Shown one piece after another: positions 1 to 9,292 of a stretch of 32,000 nucleotides of DNA. The stretch comes from Promethearchaeota archaeon (GTDB lineage: Archaea; Asgardarchaeota; Lokiarchaeia; Sigyniarchaeales; SOKP01). The notes below the pieces were generated by a model, which saw nothing but the letters and a program-made list of their open reading frames with translations, ran no database searches and was not told where the DNA came from. Both the position numbers and the translations under genes were made by a program. The stretch is from assembly GCA_030606485.1 (NCBI GenBank), contig JAUWGH010000003.1, positions 30,001-62,000 of the forward strand, in the 5' to 3' direction. Within the stretch, counting starts at the first letter, position 1. Every line of letters begins with the position of its first letter.

Positions 1-153
1 GATCGAACTAATAAAATGAATCTTTTAATTTTAAAGACAGAGCCACATCAAATTTTTGGTTATTATACGGGGGACATAGTTCTTGATGATGGAAAAAAAC
101 TTCATATCGATCGAATGTTAGGGTTTGCAGAAGAAGTGTTTAATAAATGGTAA
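1..153 (+). CDS. C-terminal end of a DUF2804-family protein (partial, starts before window)
   Basis: Frame 1 is open from base 1 to TAA at 151-153: ...HQIFGYYTGDIVLDDGKKLHIDRMLGFAEEVFNKW*, matching the Q-x-FG...G...DG...GFAE...W C-terminus I recall for DUF2804 proteins. Not in the ORF track; translated by hand. Confidence 0.65.
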   Translation, partial: DRTNKMNLLILKTEPHQIFGYYTGDIVLDDGKKLHIDRMLGFAEEVFNKW

Positions 154-263
154 AGGAGATTAATTAAAATCTAATTTTTTAGAGGTTTTTTGCTACTTTT
201 ATTCCTTTTTATATTTCCTTCTTTGATTTCTCCCTTAAATATAATCTTCTTATTAGTAAAATT

Positions 264-1451
264 TCATACATATTCTATAGTAGCAGGAGGTTTTGGGGTT
301 ATATCATAATAAATGTATTTTGTTTCAGGGAATTCAAGCAATTCATTTTTAATTTGATTTATTAAATCTATTGGCAGATTAGTAACGCTTGCTGTCCTTG
401 CGTCTTTACTATTAATACTTCGGATTATTAAATCATATCGTCCTTTTTGATTGCAGTCAAGTTCAAAAAACATTCTAGCATATCCTTTAATTTGCGCGGC
501 GATCTTTGTAAGTTTTTCGTAATCCCAATTACCCTTCACACATAATGGAACTTCGTAAGATCTTTTACCATCAACTATCCCAGTGACTTTTTTATTAAGA
601 ACATCTTCACTAATTGCTGCAAACGCTTGAAACGGTTCTTGTTCTCCAGTTTCGTTAATTATCATTGATTTCCCATATTTTTCTTTATAATAATCATCAA
701 CACGAGTTTCTACAATGTCATGAACTTTTTTTTCAAAATCTAAATTATCAAGAGTTACTGACCCTATAATTCTTGCCGAGAGAGCAGGTCCAGGAAATGC
801 TTTTCTATAAACTAATTCTTGAGGCATATTAAAATATTCAAGAACCTTTCGAACTTCTGGTTTCATTAGACTGGCTACGGGCTGAATAGTCGCATCAACA
901 TCGTATTCAATTTCCACATTATGCTGACTTTTTACAAATCCTTTGATATATTTTTTTTTCAATACATTCTCTTCTTCTAAAGACATTGTTTCTTTTAAGT
1001 CTGTGATTTTTACTCCAAAACTTTCTTCAATATCTGGAAGAATAGTGCCATCTGCGAGTAAATCACAATTCTCCTCATCTATAACTCTACCTATAGTTTC
1101 TGAGTAGGCATCTTTGAAAAGTTTTCTCTTTACTTCTGCATCTCCCTTACCTATAATTTTAGGGAGAAATTTCTCCCGAATATCTAAAATAATGGTATCA
1201 GGAAAAGTTTTCTTAATATACTCTCTTTCTTCTACGCCTTTAATTATTCTCATTAGTCCATGATCAATAAATACTGGAATCACATTGATTTTCGCTTTTT
1301 TAAGTAGAAGATATGTGGCGGAACTATCCACCCCTCCAGATAGTGCGCAAAAAACTTTTTTTTCCTTTGCATGTTTTTGTAAAAATTGAACAGCAGCATC
1401 TACAAACTTCTTAGGTTCGTGAGGTGCATTTATTAAGCGATGGTTTAACAT
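264..1451 (-). CDS. guaAB: GMP synthase subunit B (ATP pyrophosphatase/dimerisation subunit of the split archaeal enzyme)
   Basis: PP-loop ALSGGVDSS, GTILPDIEES, KSQHNV, FPGPALSARIIG and C-terminal YDITPKPPATIEY. No glutamine amidotransferase domain. Confidence 0.92.
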   Translation of the reverse strand: MLNHRLINAPHEPKKFVDAAVQFLQKHAKEKKVFCALSGGVDSSATYLLLKKAKINVIPVFIDHGLMRIIKGVEEREYIKKTFPDTIILDIREKFLPKIIGKGDAEVKRKLFKDAYSETIGRVIDEENCDLLADGTILPDIEESFGVKITDLKETMSLEEENVLKKKYIKGFVKSQHNVEIEYDVDATIQPVASLMKPEVRKVLEYFNMPQELVYRKAFPGPALSARIIGSVTLDNLDFEKKVHDIVETRVDDYYKEKYGKSMIINETGEQEPFQAFAAISEDVLNKKVTGIVDGKRSYEVPLCVKGNWDYEKLTKIAAQIKGYARMFFELDCNQKGRYDLIIRSINSKDARTASVTNLPIDLINQIKNELLEFPETKYIYYDITPKPPATIEYV

Positions 1452-1553
1452 AGCGTATTTAATGATGTAAGATTTAATTAACTTTTTGGTTATTATTAAA
1501 AAATTAGTAAAATTATATGAGAATCTGGGCTAATCAAACAATTTTATATTAAA

Positions 1554-1994
1554 TTAATCGATTAACATTGAATCGGGTAAGATCCATACTGGTGGATCTT
1601 TTCGAAGTCCTTTTTTTTTTAAAGATTCAATTTTTCTCTTATAATTTTTATAAAAATCCTGTCCTAATAAGCAAATTCCTTCATCTATTGCATCTAGGAT
1701 CGATACAATGCCTTGAATAAACATTGTATCGAACTCTTTAGGAGTATAACAAAAAGCGTCTAAACCAAGTTTACGGTTATGTTTCTCGTAAATTATACTA
1801 GAACGATTAATAAATTTCTCTTTAAAATCTCCTATAAATATTAAATCTATGTCGCTATGAGGTAGAAAATCCTCTCTAACTCGAGATCCAAATAAGATTA
1901 CACAATCTAAGGAGATACATTTCTTAATTTCTTTAATAAAATTGCTAAGATAATTAATTACATCTTCATTTTTTTGAATTTTTTTTGAAATAAT
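1554..1994 (-). CDS. MNT-type minimal nucleotidyltransferase (HEPN partner) lacking a canonical start codon
   Basis: Hand translation gives an open frame of 146 codons: IISKKIQKNEDVINYLSNFIKEIKKCISLDCVILFGSRVREDFLPHSDIDLIFIGDF...AFCYTPKEFDTMF...DSMLID*. It has the GS...DxD MNT signature and the YTPxEF motif. No ATG/GTG/TTG precedes the catalytic motif; the frame is bounded by TGA at 1997-1995. Confidence 0.85.
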   Translation of the reverse strand: MISKKIQKNEDVINYLSNFIKEIKKCISLDCVILFGSRVREDFLPHSDIDLIFIGDFKEKFINRSSIIYEKHNRKLGLDAFCYTPKEFDTMFIQGIVSILDAIDEGICLLGQDFYKNYKRKIESLKKKGLRKDPPVWILPDSMLID

Positions 1995-2382
1995 TCATCT
2001 CCTCTTCTACATAATTAATAATTCTTTCTGCTTGTTTTATGTAATGTTGAGCTTCTTCCTTATTATATGCTTTATGAGGTGCGATTCCTGGTAATGAATC
2101 AGGATATCTTGTTGTAATATATTGTTTATCAAGACTGAGTGCTTCCTTTTCTACGCTACTAATTTGGCGATTTTTTATTTCCTTATATTTTTCCAATAAA
2201 GTAGTTATTGAGTGCCCCCATCCATTTAAATTACAAGAAAATAATAATGCTTTTACTGCCTTTTCTGATGCTTGTTGAGAATGAAACACAGCGGTACTAT
2301 ATCTTTGATTTTTCAACAATATTTTTGCATTCTCAAGATCCCAATACGCCTCATTAAGCCAATTTTCTACTATTTTCTTCAT
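1966..2382 (-). CDS. HEPN domain protein (archaeal HEPN-MNT module)
   Basis: WLNEAYWDL, AVFHSQQASEKAVKALL, WGHSI and YITTRYPD are typical of PF05168-type HEPN proteins; adjacent to an MNT frame. Confidence 0.88.
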   Translation of the reverse strand: MKKIVENWLNEAYWDLENAKILLKNQRYSTAVFHSQQASEKAVKALLFSCNLNGWGHSITTLLEKYKEIKNRQISSVEKEALSLDKQYITTRYPDSLPGIAPHKAYNKEEAQHYIKQAERIINYVEEEMNYFKKNSKK

Positions 2383-2533
2383 GAAATCTCTTTTTATTTT
2401 GATCTGGTTCCTTTTAAACTAAATAATAATAATCGCATATATAATATAACTTTATTATATAAGTAAAGATAAAAAAAGAATGAATTAAAGTTCTGATTAT
2501 AAGGGTAGATTATTTAATCTTTTATTCAAATCT

Positions 2534-4699
2534 TTAAATTATTTCAAATTTCCCTTCTACAATATTAATATTTGTATCACTATATCCAGGTTGGCACCCA
2601 CCTACAGTTATAAATATTTCACCTGGCTGAATAATCTGTTCTCCATTCTCATTAAATATTGAAAACTGCTCTGGTAAAAGTATAAATGAAACCGTTTTTC
2701 TCTCTCCTTTTTTGAGTGTAATTCTTTTAAAACTTTGAAGTTCTCGAATTGGAGCTTCAGATGAGATCGATCCTTTATTCAAGTAGAGTTGTACAACTTC
2801 ATCACCTAATCGGTCTCCAATATTTTCAATATCTGCACTAATAGTGATTTTTTCATCAATTTTCACTTTACTTGGAGAAATCTGGAGATTGCTATATTTG
2901 AATTTCGTATAACTAAGACCAAAACCGAAAGAAAATAATGGTTCATCTTTAAAATATCGATATGTTCTCCCTACCATACTATAATCGCGAAAATCAGGTA
3001 TTTGGTTGATTGATTTATAAAAAGTCACGGGTAACCTTCCTGCGGGGTTATAGTCTCCAAAAATCACATCAGCTAACGCTGTACCACCTTCTTCGCCAGG
3101 GTACCATGTTTCTATAATGGCAGGAATGTTTCCTTTTGCAAAATTCACAGATAATGCACTACCACTGGTTAGTATTAGGATAATTGGTTTGCCGATATTG
3201 TGTATTTCCTTTAAAAGTTTTTCTTGAATTTCTGGTAAATCTAAATAAATACGATCTCCTTTTAAATCTGATTCTGCTGCCTGGCCTTCTTCACTTTCAA
3301 TGCGTAATGATATGCCCAATACCATAATAATTACATCGGATTTTTTAGAAATCTCAATTGCTTCATTAAAATCATCTGTAGATTTTTCTTTAAGAGGACA
3401 TCCTTTTGCATAATAGACTTCAGTCTCAGGTGACGCAACATTTTTAATTCCTTGGAGAGGTGTCGTGTATTTAGATGGAATACCATTATAATTCCCAAGG
3501 AGTACATCTAAATTATCAGCATTAGGTCCAATTATGGCTATTGATTTAATATTTTTGTTTAAGGGAAGTATATTATTTTCATTTTTCAATAACACAATCG
3601 ATTCTCTTGCCGCTTTTCGAGCAAGATCCCTATGTTTTTCACAGTCATTCACTTCGAAAGGTATTCGTGCATATGGAACAATCTCTGGTGGATCAAACAT
3701 GCCAAGCCTAAATCGCGCGCTAAAAAGGCGTTTAATTGATTTATCAATGATATCTTCTGTAAGTAAATCTTTCTCTACCGCTCCCTTTATCCAGTCCCAT
3801 ACAATCCTTTTAATCCTTTTGGTTCCAATCACAATGCAACAAAAAAGGTCACAACCCGCATTAAGTGCCATTGCCACCGCTTCCTCGGGAAAGTCGACAA
3901 CTTTATGAAACTTAAAAATATCTGAAATTGCACCACAATCAGAAACAATATATCCATCAAAACCCCATTTCTTACGTAAAATATCCTCTAATAATATTTT
4001 ACTTCCACAACATGGTTCTCCATTGACTCTATTATAGGCTCCCATAATAGAAAAAGCCTTACTTTCTTGAATACAAGCTTTAAAAGCGGGGAGATATGTT
4101 CCGTAAAGATCCTTCTGACTAACTCTTGCGTCAAAATGATGACGCTCCGATTCCAACCCACTATAAGCCACATAATGTTTCGGAGTTGCAACTATTTTTA
4201 AATATTTGGGATCATCTCCTTGGAGTCCTTTAACAAATGTTACTCCCATCCTTGATGTGAGATAAGGATCTTCGCCATATGTCTCCTGCCCTCTACCCCA
4301 ACGGGGGTCTCTGAAAATATTTATATTCGGACTCCAAAAAGTAAGACCTTGAAATATTTTTCTTTGATTTTTTCTTATTGCCTCATGATGTTTGGCTCTA
4401 GCTTCATCAGATATAGCTGTTGCCACCTCACCCATTAACTGAGTGTTCCAAGTAGCTGCTAAACCAATTGCCTGAGGAAACACAGTTGCAGTCCCAGAAA
4501 AACCAACCCCATGCAGACATTCATTCCACCAGTTATATTTAGGTATTTTCAGCCGATCAATTTTTGGGGCATCGTTCAATAATTGTGAAATCTTTTCATC
4601 AAGGGTCATTCTTGAAACTAAATCTTCCACTCTTTTTTCAATAGGTTGAGTATAATCAAGATAAAGTGGTTTATTCTTTCTTTCCATAAATTTTTTCAC
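2534..4699 (-). CDS. Glycoside hydrolase family 3 (beta-glucosidase/beta-xylosidase) with C-terminal Fn3-like domain
   Basis: RDPRWGRGQETYGEDP, PKHY, nucleophile motif IVSDCGAI, ARESIVLLKN, GRLPVTFY, FGFGLSYT, EVVQLY. Track start is GTG at 4699; ATG at 4687 (MERKN) is an alternative. No signal peptide evident. Confidence 0.95.
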   Translation of the reverse strand: MKKFMERKNKPLYLDYTQPIEKRVEDLVSRMTLDEKISQLLNDAPKIDRLKIPKYNWWNECLHGVGFSGTATVFPQAIGLAATWNTQLMGEVATAISDEARAKHHEAIRKNQRKIFQGLTFWSPNINIFRDPRWGRGQETYGEDPYLTSRMGVTFVKGLQGDDPKYLKIVATPKHYVAYSGLESERHHFDARVSQKDLYGTYLPAFKACIQESKAFSIMGAYNRVNGEPCCGSKILLEDILRKKWGFDGYIVSDCGAISDIFKFHKVVDFPEEAVAMALNAGCDLFCCIVIGTKRIKRIVWDWIKGAVEKDLLTEDIIDKSIKRLFSARFRLGMFDPPEIVPYARIPFEVNDCEKHRDLARKAARESIVLLKNENNILPLNKNIKSIAIIGPNADNLDVLLGNYNGIPSKYTTPLQGIKNVASPETEVYYAKGCPLKEKSTDDFNEAIEISKKSDVIIMVLGISLRIESEEGQAAESDLKGDRIYLDLPEIQEKLLKEIHNIGKPIILILTSGSALSVNFAKGNIPAIIETWYPGEEGGTALADVIFGDYNPAGRLPVTFYKSINQIPDFRDYSMVGRTYRYFKDEPLFSFGFGLSYTKFKYSNLQISPSKVKIDEKITISADIENIGDRLGDEVVQLYLNKGSISSEAPIRELQSFKRITLKKGERKTVSFILLPEQFSIFNENGEQIIQPGEIFITVGGCQPGYSDTNINIVEGKFEII

Positions 4700-4782
4700 T
4701 AAAAATATTTGTTTAAATATGCGATCTAATGAAATTTATTATTAATTTTAGTTTAGAAGTAAAATTTGTGATTTTTTATATA

Positions 4783-6123
4783 TTAATTAAACATTTCCAT
4801 GAAAGCTCCGAGTCTTGTTTTCACTTGTTCGATGTTTTCTCCAATTTTATTAAATGTTAGAGCAGTTGTGGGAATTTCAAGCTCCTTTCTAACTTTTTGA
4901 CGAAGCATTGTATAACAATTTGATATTGAATGACAACCAAATAGTTCGATGAATATTAAGCCGTCAACATCCATTTTCCTTGCAACCCGAATATAAGAAT
5001 CGGTTAGGGCATTATTATCACAACCAACGCCTTTTGTTGTAATATCCATTAGAAACTTCGCGTAAGCTTCTATTGGATCAGAATAAGCATAAACCTCAAT
5101 ATTTTCTAAAGCCCCTAATATTTCCCAATCAGCATAAAGAAGTCGACCTCCCATTTTATATATTAAATTGTGAGATTCTGGTTCCCAACCTCCAAACCGA
5201 GGTGTTAAAAGAATACGAGGTCGATTAGATACATCCATCCCTATTTTCTTCCTAATCCTTTCTTTCATTTCTTTGACAAGATTTCTAAAATTTTTCAAAT
5301 ATGTCTCAGCATTAGAATTAAAATCCTGAAATGATATGCTCAAAAGGGCGAGGATTTCAGAAAAGGTGGCAGGGTTACAAGGGTAAAAATTAGAATTACT
5401 TATTTCATAAATAATTTCTTTATACAATTCTCTACATTCATTACTAATTCTAAACTGTTTTCTTAGGTCATTATCAGTAATGGAATTTCCAGTTAATTTT
5501 TCTAATTGGGAAATAGTTTCTTTTACATTTCCGGTGCAAATTTCCAAAGCATTGCCAATATTTCTCGGCGGGATGTCCAACCAGATTAAATTATCACTAA
5601 ATCGCTTTAAAGATTCATAATATTTGTTAAAGGCACTACACCTTATTATAACATTTAAGTTTGCGTCCAAATTATTATGTCTTGATGAATGCATGCCATA
5701 AAGCGCCTTAATTCCATAACAAAAGTCATTGGAAACCCCTTCTTCAATCCCTAAATCATACATATTATTATATTTATAGTTTAGTGAATTAATCACGTCA
5801 TCTATTATTCCATCAAAGACTTTAAGAAAATCAAATTTTCTTATAAATCCTAAAAAATTTGACACTGCCTTCCAACCAAAAAGACCTGAGGCCGAATTTA
5901 ATGCCTCTAAGTATGTATTAACTTTAAATTTTTCTAATCTTATCGGGAAAATAGGAATCGCTTTTGCTGCAAATACTAAGTCACTAAAGGGGAACACAAC
6001 TGAAATTAATTTCTTTCCTTTTCTATTAGATTTAATGTTGAATTTTCGTCCGGAATGCAAAAAATCATAGGACATTCTTAACATTGAAGTAAAATTTATA
6101 ACATCATCCGTCATTAAACTCAT
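4783..6123 (-). CDS. 2-hydroxyacyl-CoA dehydratase family subunit (HgdA/FldB-like)
   Basis: Cys motifs FCYGIK, IRCS and LFGCHS; C-terminal EQVKTRLGAFMEM; abuts its paralogue with zero spacing. Confidence 0.8.
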   Translation of the reverse strand: MSLMTDDVINFTSMLRMSYDFLHSGRKFNIKSNRKGKKLISVVFPFSDLVFAAKAIPIFPIRLEKFKVNTYLEALNSASGLFGWKAVSNFLGFIRKFDFLKVFDGIIDDVINSLNYKYNNMYDLGIEEGVSNDFCYGIKALYGMHSSRHNNLDANLNVIIRCSAFNKYYESLKRFSDNLIWLDIPPRNIGNALEICTGNVKETISQLEKLTGNSITDNDLRKQFRISNECRELYKEIIYEISNSNFYPCNPATFSEILALLSISFQDFNSNAETYLKNFRNLVKEMKERIRKKIGMDVSNRPRILLTPRFGGWEPESHNLIYKMGGRLLYADWEILGALENIEVYAYSDPIEAYAKFLMDITTKGVGCDNNALTDSYIRVARKMDVDGLIFIELFGCHSISNCYTMLRQKVRKELEIPTTALTFNKIGENIEQVKTRLGAFMEMFN

Positions 6124-7260
6124 TTAAATCATCTCCAAAAATGCTTCAATTCTTGTGGATAATTGTCCATGTGAGGCTCTTGAGTAATCCCTCTCAATAT
6201 TTAGCACAAAATAATTTTTTGCTTGTAATTTCTCTTTTAATTGCTCTCTTGGTAAGCTCATATGGTCGCAGAATTTAATTATATGATTAATTACACCGAT
6301 ATTACTTATTCCCAATTTTTCTTTAAGGTTATTTATGATTGAAACGATTTTTTTAATTTTGTATTCTATAAAATTTGGGACTACATGATCAGTATAAGTA
6401 TTTCTCTTAAACATCTCTGTTAAAATGTCAAATGGATTGTTTTTTTTTTGTTGATCTAACCAATTATCCTCTAATGTTTGTGAGAAATAAACATCTCCAA
6501 CCCATGTATCTAGAAATATGACATTACCGCCTCCTTTCTCTATAATCTCTATTAAATCATCACCGAGAAATATCGAACATCCCGTTAAAATAACGTTTTT
6601 CTTATTATTGATATTGATTTGGCCAGCGTTATTAACATTAAAATTTCTCAATTCCAAAATTTTTGGACCATATAATAATGCTTTTTGGTATAATTCCAAC
6701 TTATCTGAGCCGGAAATATCATAATATTTTATTTTTGATATATTTCTACGAAATCTGTTATATTTTTCAATACTATTGATGATATCTTCATTTGAAATGG
6801 AAGATCCTCTAATTTCTTCCAACTTTTTCTTAAATTCTATTAACTCTATTCTATAATATTTCAGCCCGTTTTCTGATAAAATATAAGGAACATAAAAATC
6901 AATTCTTGGAATATCAAAATATTTACAAATTATTTCTGAAGAACAAATATCAGAAACGCAGTGATTGGATACAATAAAATAATCGATTAAATCAAGAAAT
7001 CGATATTTATTCGGCTTTACTGAAAATAAGCCAATAGTACTAAGAGCAAAACTACAAGTTGAAGTCGGCAAATAATCCGCGCCTTTATCCATTAATTCGT
7101 CGTTTCCCGAAAAAATCAATCTCAATGGAATAAATCCAGCAGCGTCGATAAGTTCCTCAGGAATATTGTCATGAGACATATATGCAATTATTTTTTTACC
7201 TTTTTCCTTCTCTTGTTTCAAGAATTCATAGTACTCAAGAAAAAATTCTAAATCTACCAT
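6124..7260 (-). CDS. 2-hydroxyacyl-CoA dehydratase family subunit (HgdB/FldC-like)
   Basis: PEELIDAAGFIP, TCSF, SNHC, IKFCDH, LNIERDY, QLSTRIEAFLEMI are the family's hallmark motifs. Confidence 0.87.
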   Translation of the reverse strand: MVDLEFFLEYYEFLKQEKEKGKKIIAYMSHDNIPEELIDAAGFIPLRLIFSGNDELMDKGADYLPTSTCSFALSTIGLFSVKPNKYRFLDLIDYFIVSNHCVSDICSSEIICKYFDIPRIDFYVPYILSENGLKYYRIELIEFKKKLEEIRGSSISNEDIINSIEKYNRFRRNISKIKYYDISGSDKLELYQKALLYGPKILELRNFNVNNAGQININNKKNVILTGCSIFLGDDLIEIIEKGGGNVIFLDTWVGDVYFSQTLEDNWLDQQKKNNPFDILTEMFKRNTYTDHVVPNFIEYKIKKIVSIINNLKEKLGISNIGVINHIIKFCDHMSLPREQLKEKLQAKNYFVLNIERDYSRASHGQLSTRIEAFLEMI

Positions 7261-7331
7261 TTGAATTAGAAAATTAAATTCAATAAAAAAGGTTTTTGAA
7301 AATAAAATGAATATGAAAAGTATGGAATTAA

Positions 7332-7541
7332 TTATTTTAATTTAAGAACTAATTCTGCAAAATATTCAAAATCTCGATTATATGTCTTTTCTGCTTCTAG
7401 TGAAATTTTGGCAAACACACAGCCCGGTAATTGATTATATTTGAGATGATATTCTATGCATTCACAACATCGACCTCGGTGTGAGCAATTATATGTGCAA
7501 GCACAAGATTACTTCCTTTCTTCTTGATTACATTCAACCAT
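7332..7541 (-). pseudogene. Small Cys-rich protein (DUF6485-like) interrupted by an in-frame TAA at codon 11
   Basis: Hand translation: MVECNQEERK*SCACTYNCSHRGRCCECIEYHLKYNQLPGCVFAKISLEAEKTYNRDFEYFAELVLKLK*. The CxCTY...CCEC..YH...LPxC...EKTYxR pattern resembles DUF6485 as I recall it. Internal TAA at 7511-7509. Confidence 0.7.
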
Positions 7542-7644
7542 TATTATATCATAATCACTAATTTTTCTTTTAAAAAAAAATTTTTGATGGAACATTTTTA
7601 TTTTCGAATTTTTATGAGATTAATAAGACAAGATTAGTGATATT

Positions 7645-9054
7645 ATGTCAGACTCAGCTAAAAATATAATTAAATTTCTTTGTGACAGGTTTTTTGAATT
7701 AGATTATTATCCAACCAGTTTAAGTGGACTATTAGATTTACCAATAGATAAGTTGAGGGATTTTACGCAAAAGGATATTTCAAAATTTAATAAAATCGAT
7801 ATCAAAATATTACGTGATTTAACCACAATTAGTGAAGAAGAGTTTTTAGAACTTGCAACGCTAACAAACATGGATTTAAATATATTAAATAATGCAAAAG
7901 TTGCCGCTACTTTAATAGCAAATGCCTGGACTAAAAGAAAAGAATATATAAAAAAATCTCAGAGCAAAATCGTTGTAGCAGGGCTTGATTATGCAGGAAA
8001 AACATCTCTTATTAATAGATTAATGCATGATCATACTTATGGGGATTTGATTAATCTAGAGCCTACAATAGGCGCAAATATCCAAGAATTTGAATCGGAT
8101 AATTTAAACTTGATAATATGGGATCTTGGAGGGCAAAAAAGTAATTTAGAGGAATATATCCAAGAACCAGAGAAATTTTTTATCCAACTAGATGTTTTAT
8201 TTTTTGTATTTGATGCTCAAGATGATGTTCGCTATGAAGCTGCTCTTAAATATTTAAATGATATCTTAGAAATTCTTGAATTTTTAAAAGAAATTCCTTA
8301 TATCTTAATTCTTATAAATAAAGTAGATCCTGACATCGAAAAAGATCCCGATTTTCAAATCAAACTTGAATATTTATCTGATAAAATTACAAGAATCTTT
8401 CTTAAGAAACCAAAAAACGTAAACTATGAAATAATACAAACAAGTATTTATAATATTTATTCCCATGAGCCTGAAATCGTAAAAACCATAAAAAATGTTT
8501 TTTCAAAAGATATTATTGCGAAGAAAGAAAAAAGAGAAATGGAAATTGATGAAAAACTTCAGAGGATATTGGATATTAATTTTAAATTAATGGATAAAGT
8601 TGTTTCTGAACTCTCTGACATAAAAAGAGTTTTATATAAATTAACACCATCAGATCTAAAACAATCAATCTACGCCGTTCCTTTCGATAAAGTTCCTTCT
8701 GATTTTGTATCAACTCCCAAAAAAATTGCTAAAAAACCAATAACTGCAAAAATTGAAAAGAAAAAACCTAAAAAAAAGAAAAAATCTAAAAAATCCGCAG
8801 TTCCTACTAAAATTCCTAAACCTATAAAATTATCTCCGCAACCATCCAAAATTGGAGAAGCAATGGATAAATTAAGTCAAAAATTTGAAGAAAGCGAACA
8901 GATAATGGCATTGGAAAATTTAACACCACCCAAACCTCCTCCAAAACCACCGTCAATTCCCCCACAAAACATTATTAATCCTCGTAGCCAAATAATGTTA
9001 GAATTAAAAGATATCTTCAAAAAAAAGGGAATCGTGAAAAAAGACATTCCTTAA
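7645..9054 (+). CDS. Arf-like small GTPase with N-terminal HhH-like domain, coiled coil and Lys/Pro-rich C-terminal tail
   Basis: G1 GLDYAGKTS, G2 EPTIG, G3 WDLGGQ, G4 NKVD, G5 TSI. The N-terminus (LPIDKL...IKILRDL..ISEEEF) resembles helix-hairpin-helix folds. Tail ends PPKPPPKPPSIPP...RSQIMLELKDIFKKKG. Confidence 0.88.
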   Translation: MSDSAKNIIKFLCDRFFELDYYPTSLSGLLDLPIDKLRDFTQKDISKFNKIDIKILRDLTTISEEEFLELATLTNMDLNILNNAKVAATLIANAWTKRKEYIKKSQSKIVVAGLDYAGKTSLINRLMHDHTYGDLINLEPTIGANIQEFESDNLNLIIWDLGGQKSNLEEYIQEPEKFFIQLDVLFFVFDAQDDVRYEAALKYLNDILEILEFLKEIPYILILINKVDPDIEKDPDFQIKLEYLSDKITRIFLKKPKNVNYEIIQTSIYNIYSHEPEIVKTIKNVFSKDIIAKKEKREMEIDEKLQRILDINFKLMDKVVSELSDIKRVLYKLTPSDLKQSIYAVPFDKVPSDFVSTPKKIAKKPITAKIEKKKPKKKKKSKKSAVPTKIPKPIKLSPQPSKIGEAMDKLSQKFEESEQIMALENLTPPKPPPKPPSIPPQNIINPRSQIMLELKDIFKKKGIVKKDIP

Positions 9055-9292
9055 AAGAAGATTCTGTTTTGTTAATACTTCTAAGGATATTAATTAAACA
9101 AAAATAAAAGCTTTTAATTAACCCTAAAGTTTTAATAGCTGACTATTTATTTTTAGATTTCTTAGATGATAAGGGAACAAAACAAAATTAAATAGCTGTG
9201 ATCTTATTATTATTTTATAGCAACAATCCTCAAAAAAATAAATTTTCAATTATATTTTATCAAATATTAAGTAAATACAATGTGTATAAAAT

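Noticed and set aside
7509-7511. Selenocysteine or pyrrolysine recoding of the internal stop in the Cys-rich gene
   Set aside because: The codon is TAA, not TGA or TAG, and TAA terminates many genes in the window.
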